Positions 58,134-64,000 of a DNA stretch of 64,000 nucleotides are shown piece by piece; within the stretch, counting starts at the first letter, position 1; each line of letters starts with the position of its first letter. The translations under genes were made by a program, and so were the position numbers. The notes beneath the pieces were generated by a model. It searched no databases, was not told the DNA's origin, and saw only the letters and a program-made list of their open reading frames with translations. Source of the stretch: Nitrososphaerales archaeon. GTDB taxonomy: Archaea > Thermoproteota > Nitrososphaeria > Nitrososphaerales > JACPRH01. The stretch is taken from NCBI GenBank assembly GCA_030745655.1, contig JASLOE010000001.1:5351-69350 (forward strand), in the 5' to 3' direction.

Positions 58134-61100
58134 ATGGTTTTCATTAAGAAGGTAGAAGCACGTGGATTCAAGTCCCTTGGAAACAAAACAGTTGCTATAA
58201 AATTCAATGAAGATTTTACGGCAATTACTGGTCCTAATGGCTCTGGAAAATCAAATATTATGGATTCAATTATGTTCTGTCTAGGTCAAAATAGTTCTAA
58301 AAAGCTTAGGGTAGATAGATTAACTTCTCTGATATTTGACGGAACCAGCGTTAAGGGACCATCAGTAATTAGAGTTACAGTAACCTTTGATAACATTTCA
58401 AGAAGGATACCTGTTGATTCAAATAATGTTCTGGTAACAAGAGAACTCAGGCAAACTGGAGAAAACCAATACTTCCTTAACGGAAAAAGGATCACAAAGA
58501 GTGCACTTTCAGAACTGCTGAACCTTGCACTTATTTCTCCAGAAGGATTAAACATGGTTCCCCAAGGGGTCATAACCCGTCTATCAGAGCTTAACCCAGA
58601 TGAAAAACGGGAGTTAATTGAAGAAATCGTTGGAGTTTCACAGTTTGATGATAAAAGGAAAAGAGCACAAGAACAACTTAATGATGCAGACACTAAACTC
58701 CAAATCGCTTTAGCCAGAATAGACGAGATGAAGAATAGAGTAGACTCACTTGAAAATGAGATGAATGATCAAAATAGATTGAAGATACTCGAAGACGAAA
58801 TCAGATGGCTGAATGCAGTAATAACGTCTAGACTATTATCATCCAACATTAAGAAACTTGAAGATGAAAAAAATTTTATTGTGGATTACGAAAATGGAAA
58901 AAAACGACTTCAAAAAAATTTAGATACAATAGATAAACAGATTATAGAAGTAGAAAACGAAAGAAAGGAATTTGTGTCTACAGTTATGGACACTTCGGGA
59001 GGAAAAAAAGTTGAACTTCAATTTGCAATTGGAAAAGCTCAAAGTGATATTACAAGATATAAGGAAGAAGTATCAATAGCAAAAAATCTAATTAAAAAGA
59101 TTGAAAATTCATCGCCACATCTAAAAAAGATGCAAGACCAACAAATGAAAGTATTGAATGATGCCAAGACTCAAATAAAGGAAGAAAAAACTAAGTTTGT
59201 AGAAATTGAAAAAAATAAAAAAGAGTCAGAGATTGCAATAAGACAAATTGAAGCACAATTGACACGCCTTCAAAACTTAAAAGAGAAGAAAAGAAATCAA
59301 ACTAATAATCTTGTTGAGCAAATTTCAAAGTACAAAGAAACATTAAACTCAACCATACATCAATTAGAGATTAAAAATAATAAGAGAGAACTAGTGAATG
59401 AAAGTTTAACGGTACAAAACGACAAAGCTCAGCCATTCCAAGAAACTCTGCATCATCTTGAAGACCAATTAAAGAAATCTTATGATGTTGAACAAATGGA
59501 GAAATCATCATTTAAGAAAGTAGGATCATCACTAACTGGATTAACAGATCAAGAAACAAATCTTCAAGGTGAAATTGACAAGGCGATAGCCACATTAAGC
59601 AAAGCGAGTGATGTAGTTTTAAAATATGAAATTCAAAAAAACATGGCCAAGAAGATAATTGCCCATGAACTGGGGTTAAAACGATTGGAGGACCTCGCAA
59701 AGACTGGAGCAATCAAAGGTTATATTGGTAGAATCGATAAGTTAGTATCATATCCAGAAAAATATAAAGCTGCGGTCCAAGCAGCGGGTAAACGGTGGAT
59801 GAATGCAGCAGTCGTTAGTGACCTTCACACCATGTTAAAGACTATTGAAATTGCAAAGCGTCTAAAAATCGGGAATATAACGGTTATTCCTCTTTCTGAA
59901 ATAACGGGTTCAAAGAAAATTAATGTACCAAAAGATGATGGAATAATTGGTACACTCGCAGATGTGATAAATTGTGACGAAAGACTTGAAGGATTGATAA
60001 ATTTCTTATTTGGAGATACAATTCTTGTAAACAACTCCAGAGATGGATACTTAGTTTCTACAAAGGGATTCAAGAGTGTTACACCATCCGGAGATTTATT
60101 TGAACCCAGAAGCGTAGCATTCGAGACTGGCTATGTTGCCAAATTAGATGAAATAATGGAACTTGTTAAAGATGAAGCATCATTAGGGGTGATTAAAGAA
60201 GCATTATCATCTCTTAAAAGTACTATAACCAAGCGAAAGTCAAATATTGATAATTTACAGTCAGAAGCTAAGAAATTAACAGAAGAAAAAATACGGTTAA
60301 GATCGTCTTTAGAAAGAATAAAAGATGAGCGAAACAGTGTAAGAGTATTCATAAAAAGATATAAAAGTCTAAATAAAGAAATTCAAGTACGCTTAAGAAA
60401 GACAGAAAGAGATTTTGAACGTACTAATAAAATAATCAGTAAACTTAATGATAAAAAAATTAGGGCAAATAACAAGATATCTATATATGAAAATAAACTA
60501 AGCCAAATATCAACCAAAAATATATCTGAAGAGATAAGAAACTTACAAGAAAAGAAAAAAATCAAGAACCTATTTATTGAAGAAATAACAAACAAACTAA
60601 GGGACACTGAAACTCAACTCTTAAGGTATGAAGGTAATCTTAAACATAATTTGGAACCAAGTTATGCGAGATTAGAAGAACAAATAGAAGGATCCAAATC
60701 AATATTGAAGGAAAAAAGGATTTTCACAGAAGAAAAAATAGAAGAACTCAAAAAACTTTCGGAAAACTTGGCAATTCAGAAGCAAGATGTAAAAAGAACA
60801 ATAATAAAATCAAAAAAATCTAGACCAATTCTTGAGAGATATGAAACTAAACTGAGACGAATAACTAAGGAAAGGGATGGTCTTAGAAAATCGATAACAA
60901 ATATAGAAAAAGAGATGATATCCACTTCAAAAAGTATTGAAATGTTACAACAAACTGAGCAAAATCTCCAAGGTGAACTCACTCTTTATGGGTATACTAA
61001 ACCCATTGAGACATTTGACAATGCAGAAGTTCTTAATGAGCAACTAAACATTGAATACCAACGACTCAAGAATCAGGTCAACTTATTGGCAGTCAGTTCC

Positions 61101-61679
61101 TATAGGGAAATATTCGCAGGATACAAGAATCTGTCAATAAGGCGAAATCAGCTTGAAGAAGAACGCAATGTAATTGTGAAGTTTATCGAAGAAGTAGACT
61201 CTGAAAAGAAAAAAGTTTTTCTAGAAGGCTTTAAAAAGATTGATCAAGAACTTCGGATTATTTTCTCAAAACTCACTGGGGGTTCCTCTTGGTTGGAACT
61301 TGAAAATCCTAATGATATTTTTTCTCAAGGTATTTTTCTTATGGCACAATTTCCAGATAATAAACCTAGGGAATCAAGTGCAGTTAGTGGTGGTGAAAAA
61401 ACAGTATCTGCATTATCAGTAATTTTAGCTATACAGTCAGTTTATCCTTCACCATTTTACCTTTTTGATGAAATTGATGCACATTTGGATGTAAGGTATG
61501 TAGAAAAATTAGCAGATTTATTAAAAGAAAAAGCTGTTAATTCACAAATTATTGCAGTAACTTTGAAAGATACAATGTTAACACGTGCATCATTAATCTA
61601 TGGGTTGTATAAGGAGAAAGGTACATCAAAGATTCTCAAGTATAAAACGGGTTTAGGAGTTGTGGCTAGAAGTGGTTAA
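58134..61679 (+). CDS. smc: Chromosome segregation protein SMC
   Basis: GFKS, Walker A GPNGSGKS, Q-loop PQG, coiled coils, hinge, SGGE, Walker B FDEIDA. Confidence 0.97.
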   Translation: MVFIKKVEARGFKSLGNKTVAIKFNEDFTAITGPNGSGKSNIMDSIMFCLGQNSSKKLRVDRLTSLIFDGTSVKGPSVIRVTVTFDNISRRIPVDSNNVLVTRELRQTGENQYFLNGKRITKSALSELLNLALISPEGLNMVPQGVITRLSELNPDEKRELIEEIVGVSQFDDKRKRAQEQLNDADTKLQIALARIDEMKNRVDSLENEMNDQNRLKILEDEIRWLNAVITSRLLSSNIKKLEDEKNFIVDYENGKKRLQKNLDTIDKQIIEVENERKEFVSTVMDTSGGKKVELQFAIGKAQSDITRYKEEVSIAKNLIKKIENSSPHLKKMQDQQMKVLNDAKTQIKEEKTKFVEIEKNKKESEIAIRQIEAQLTRLQNLKEKKRNQTNNLVEQISKYKETLNSTIHQLEIKNNKRELVNESLTVQNDKAQPFQETLHHLEDQLKKSYDVEQMEKSSFKKVGSSLTGLTDQETNLQGEIDKAIATLSKASDVVLKYEIQKNMAKKIIAHELGLKRLEDLAKTGAIKGYIGRIDKLVSYPEKYKAAVQAAGKRWMNAAVVSDLHTMLKTIEIAKRLKIGNITVIPLSEITGSKKINVPKDDGIIGTLADVINCDERLEGLINFLFGDTILVNNSRDGYLVSTKGFKSVTPSGDLFEPRSVAFETGYVAKLDEIMELVKDEASLGVIKEALSSLKSTITKRKSNIDNLQSEAKKLTEEKIRLRSSLERIKDERNSVRVFIKRYKSLNKEIQVRLRKTERDFERTNKIISKLNDKKIRANNKISIYENKLSQISTKNISEEIRNLQEKKKIKNLFIEEITNKLRDTETQLLRYEGNLKHNLEPSYARLEEQIEGSKSILKEKRIFTEEKIEELKKLSENLAIQKQDVKRTIIKSKKSRPILERYETKLRRITKERDGLRKSITNIEKEMISTSKSIEMLQQTEQNLQGELTLYGYTKPIETFDNAEVLNEQLNIEYQRLKNQVNLLAVSSYREIFAGYKNLSIRRNQLEEERNVIVKFIEEVDSEKKKVFLEGFKKIDQELRIIFSKLTGGSSWLELENPNDIFSQGIFLMAQFPDNKPRESSAVSGGEKTVSALSVILAIQSVYPSPFYLFDEIDAHLDVRYVEKLADLLKEKAVNSQIIAVTLKDTMLTRASLIYGLYKEKGTSKILKYKTGLGVVARSG

Positions 61680-62325
61680 AGAAAAGTCTGATTTATCAAA
61701 ACCCCCACTAAATATTCTCATTAATCCCACTGAAATGAAAACCAGAAAACCCTGGGAAATTGATCTCCAAGAACTTCTAGAGATGTTTATCAAGATTATT
61801 GAACAAATGGAAACACCAGATCTTCGATTATGTGGATCCGCAGCATTATCTTCAGCACTAATTTATAGGTTGAAAGTAGAAAGTTTATTTCTCTTTGAAA
61901 AGTTGAAGATAAAACGGCGGATTACTGATAGATTAGATCCACCTCAAATGTTAGAGATTCCTTACAGGTATGAATTATCTACAACAAATCTTGATGACCT
62001 TGTAAGCACCTTAGAAAGTATTCTTGATGAAATGATTTCTCAACAAATTAAGAAACCAAAGACCAGTGTGATTGAAGTAGAACCTATAATTGAAGTGGAT
62101 ATTTTTTCTGTTCAAATTCAAAAGGCACTTAAAGAACTCAAGAGAGACATTGGAAATCTCCTTCGAGAGAAGAAAAGGATCCTTTTCAGTGAATATGTTA
62201 TGAACATGAATACCTTAGATAGAGTAAGAACATTTCTGTTACTCCTTTTCATTGCCAATGATGGATTGATAAGAATAATTCAGGATGAAGAAGACATGCT
62301 GATAATAGGAGCAATTCAAAAATGA
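61660..62325 (+). CDS. scpA: Kleisin ScpA
   Basis: PWEIDL, LxxxLK helix, C-terminal FLLLLFIA winged helix; follows smc. Confidence 0.85.
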   Translation: MWLEVVKEKSDLSKPPLNILINPTEMKTRKPWEIDLQELLEMFIKIIEQMETPDLRLCGSAALSSALIYRLKVESLFLFEKLKIKRRITDRLDPPQMLEIPYRYELSTTNLDDLVSTLESILDEMISQQIKKPKTSVIEVEPIIEVDIFSVQIQKALKELKRDIGNLLREKKRILFSEYVMNMNTLDRVRTFLLLLFIANDGLIRIIQDEEDMLIIGAIQK

Positions 62326-62852
62326 CGATAAGTGATGATAATAATATACGAGCGCGAATTGAATCAGCATTATATGCATACGGCAGACCTTTAGAAATTG
62401 AAGAATTAGCAAAAGCTGCAAGAATAACTTCTAAACGAAAAACAATGAAGATAGTGATGAATATAATGAAAAGCTTTAACGAAAACATGGTTGCACTAGA
62501 AATTAGTAAACTTCCTGGACCAAAGTTTGTAATGCAATTAAAGCCTCAATATACAAAAGTAGCAAGAAAGTTTTCTCTCAGACCTCTAATGACCAGATCC
62601 GTCCTTAATACTCTCACCCATGTAGCGTATCTGCAACCTGTATCGAGTACAGATATTGCTGCAAGAAGAGGGTCTCAAGCATATAGTCACTTAAAGGAAC
62701 TTCGTAAACTCGGTTTTGTTGATTCACAACGATCTGGAAGAAGCAGTATGTACCGAACAAGTAGTTCATTTTCTGATTACTTTGGGCTAAGCAAAGAACC
62801 AACAAAGATTAAACAAAAATTATCAACAAAACGAAAAATAACCTCTAAATAA
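62322..62852 (+). CDS. scpB: Kite subunit ScpB
   Basis: IESALY, TLTHVAYLQPV, RG, YRTSSSFSDYFGL. Confidence 0.9.
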   Translation: MTISDDNNIRARIESALYAYGRPLEIEELAKAARITSKRKTMKIVMNIMKSFNENMVALEISKLPGPKFVMQLKPQYTKVARKFSLRPLMTRSVLNTLTHVAYLQPVSSTDIAARRGSQAYSHLKELRKLGFVDSQRSGRSSMYRTSSSFSDYFGLSKEPTKIKQKLSTKRKITSK

Positions 62853-62888
62853 ATATCTAACAAAGTTTAAAATATACTTTTTTCACAA

Positions 62889-63287
62889 ATGAAGGGTAGC
62901 CATTTGATCAAGCCAACTAAGAATTTAACTAAAAGAAAGGCAACCGGAGGTAGGCGCATAGCATATAGAGGTAGTCGTGCCTATGAAAAGAGTCGGTATG
63001 CAATTGAAAGCGTAAAAGGTGAAAATAAAGTCGTTACTAAAAACGTTAGAGGTGGAGGAATAAAAAAAGGGTTAAAAAGTGCAGAATTTGCAAATGTTGT
63101 TGACCCTTCAACTAAGAAGACAGAGAAAACAAGAATATTGAAAGTCATTAAGAATCCGGCAAATAGAGATTATGAAAGACGTGGTGTAATTACAAAAGGT
63201 TGCATTTTAGAAACTGAAAAAGGAAAAGCAATAGTTTCATCACGCCCTGGACAGGATGGAGTAGTAAACGCCATCCTCCAAAAGTAG
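62889..63287 (+). CDS. rps8e: 30S ribosomal protein S8e
   Basis: RKATGGR, VRGG, NPAN...RRGVITKG, SRPGQDGVVNA. Confidence 0.97.
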   Translation: MKGSHLIKPTKNLTKRKATGGRRIAYRGSRAYEKSRYAIESVKGENKVVTKNVRGGGIKKGLKSAEFANVVDPSTKKTEKTRILKVIKNPANRDYERRGVITKGCILETEKGKAIVSSRPGQDGVVNAILQK

Positions 63288-63298
63288 TGTATATAGCT

Positions 63299-63613
63299 AT
63301 GAAGGATTACGATAGACTCGTAATCTGGATAGACTATTTTAACTCAGGATTCAGCAGAGAAGAAGGAAGAAGAGTACCACTTAATATGGCAGTACGAAAT
63401 CCCACACTTAATGAACTTGAAGAAGCAGCAAAAAAAGCAGGATATAAACCTGAAACAAAAGAAGCGGTATATCCTAAACGAATGCAAATCAGTTCAGGGT
63501 ACATATCAATTGAGCACAATAAACCAAAGATTCAAGTAATCAAAGAGTTAGCATCACGCTTATCTATGATTCGTGGTGAACAGAGACTGGAATCAAAAAA
63601 ACAAAGAAACTGA
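63299..63613 (+). CDS. srp19: Signal recognition particle protein SRP19
   Basis: VIWIDYFNS..SREEGRRVP...AV.NP, YP motif. ATG 63299 preferred. Confidence 0.92.
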   Translation: MKDYDRLVIWIDYFNSGFSREEGRRVPLNMAVRNPTLNELEEAAKKAGYKPETKEAVYPKRMQISSGYISIEHNKPKIQVIKELASRLSMIRGEQRLESKKQRN

Positions 63614-63651
63614 ATTTATGTATTCAAAGTCCTTTGGATAGCTGAAAGAAA

Positions 63652-64000
63652 GTGAGTAGAACTGGCGGAATCGAGCTGGTAAAAAAAATAATCGAAGGAA
63701 AAACAGAGTTATTAGTACCTGAATCTAGCTTACAATCAAATATTCCCCCAAGAACACCAGCTTTTTTCAATCCTAAAGCAGAATTAAACAGAGACATATC
63801 AATGGCAGCATATCGGATATTCTCCAAAAATAAAGCATCATCAACGATTATGGCGGATTCGCTAGCTGGAGTAGGAGCAAGAGGAATAAGAGTTGCTGTT
63901 GAAGTACCAGATGTAAAAGAAGTTTTCATAAATGATGGTAATCCGTATGCAATAAATCTAGCTGAGAAATCAGCACAATCAAATCAAGTTTCTGAGAAAT
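63652..64000 (+). CDS. trm1: tRNA (guanine26-N2)-dimethyltransferase, 5' portion; runs off the right edge
   Basis: Hand translation from GTG 63652: EGKTEL...PAFFNPKAELNRDIS...DSLAGVGARGIRVAVE...ND. Absent from the ORF track. Confidence 0.9.
   Translation, partial: MSRTGGIELVKKIIEGKTELLVPESSLQSNIPPRTPAFFNPKAELNRDISMAAYRIFSKNKASSTIMADSLAGVGARGIRVAVEVPDVKEVFINDGNPYAINLAEKSAQSNQVSEK

Noticed and set aside
62853..63651. SRP RNA near srp19
   Set aside because: No intergenic space or GC-rich structured segment of suitable length.
1..64000. CRISPR arrays, rRNA genes, IS elements, inteins, Sec/Pyl recoding
   Set aside because: I saw no regularly spaced repeats, long GC-rich RNA genes, transposase ORFs, oversized conserved proteins or in-frame stops inside conserved domains.

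Overview
AT-rich, densely coded archaeal chromosome segment. It most resembles Nitrososphaeria (Thaumarchaeota) or a close relative, judged from the SlaA-type S-layer motifs, F420 genes, smc-scpA-scpB and archaeal CoA genes; this is an inference, not a database result. From left to right it holds: the 5' part of an S-layer glycoprotein gene missed by the ORF track; NUDIX, sat and a small Lrp; a surface-glycan cluster with an orphan TPP-dependent E1 alpha/beta pair; aspartate-family amino-acid genes; MscS-DUF432; an HExxH protein overlapping a nucleotidyltransferase-kinase fusion; the rpl7ae-to-rps27ae translation/transcription cluster, interrupted by folD and a matrixin; a GC-shifted prenyltransferase islet at the 3' end of a multi-intron tRNA-Arg(CCG); argS; cofC/D/E with fprA; phosphate transport; a leuC/D-type hydratase; an ECF S-component with a PurM-like protein; pyrG; pantothenate genes; smc-scpAB; rps8e, srp19 and the start of trm1. 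Best hits: (1) tRNA-Arg with a 13-nt intron at 29/30 and a 49-nt D-loop insert that folds best as two tandem introns removed in a fixed order; (2) the uncharacterised HExxH plus NTase-kinase pair; (3) a possible branched-chain sugar pathway for S-layer glycans; (4) an L7Ae-binding k-turn in the rpl7ae leader. I saw no CRISPR array, rRNA, transposase or integrase. All calls come from motif recognition by eye; no searches were run.
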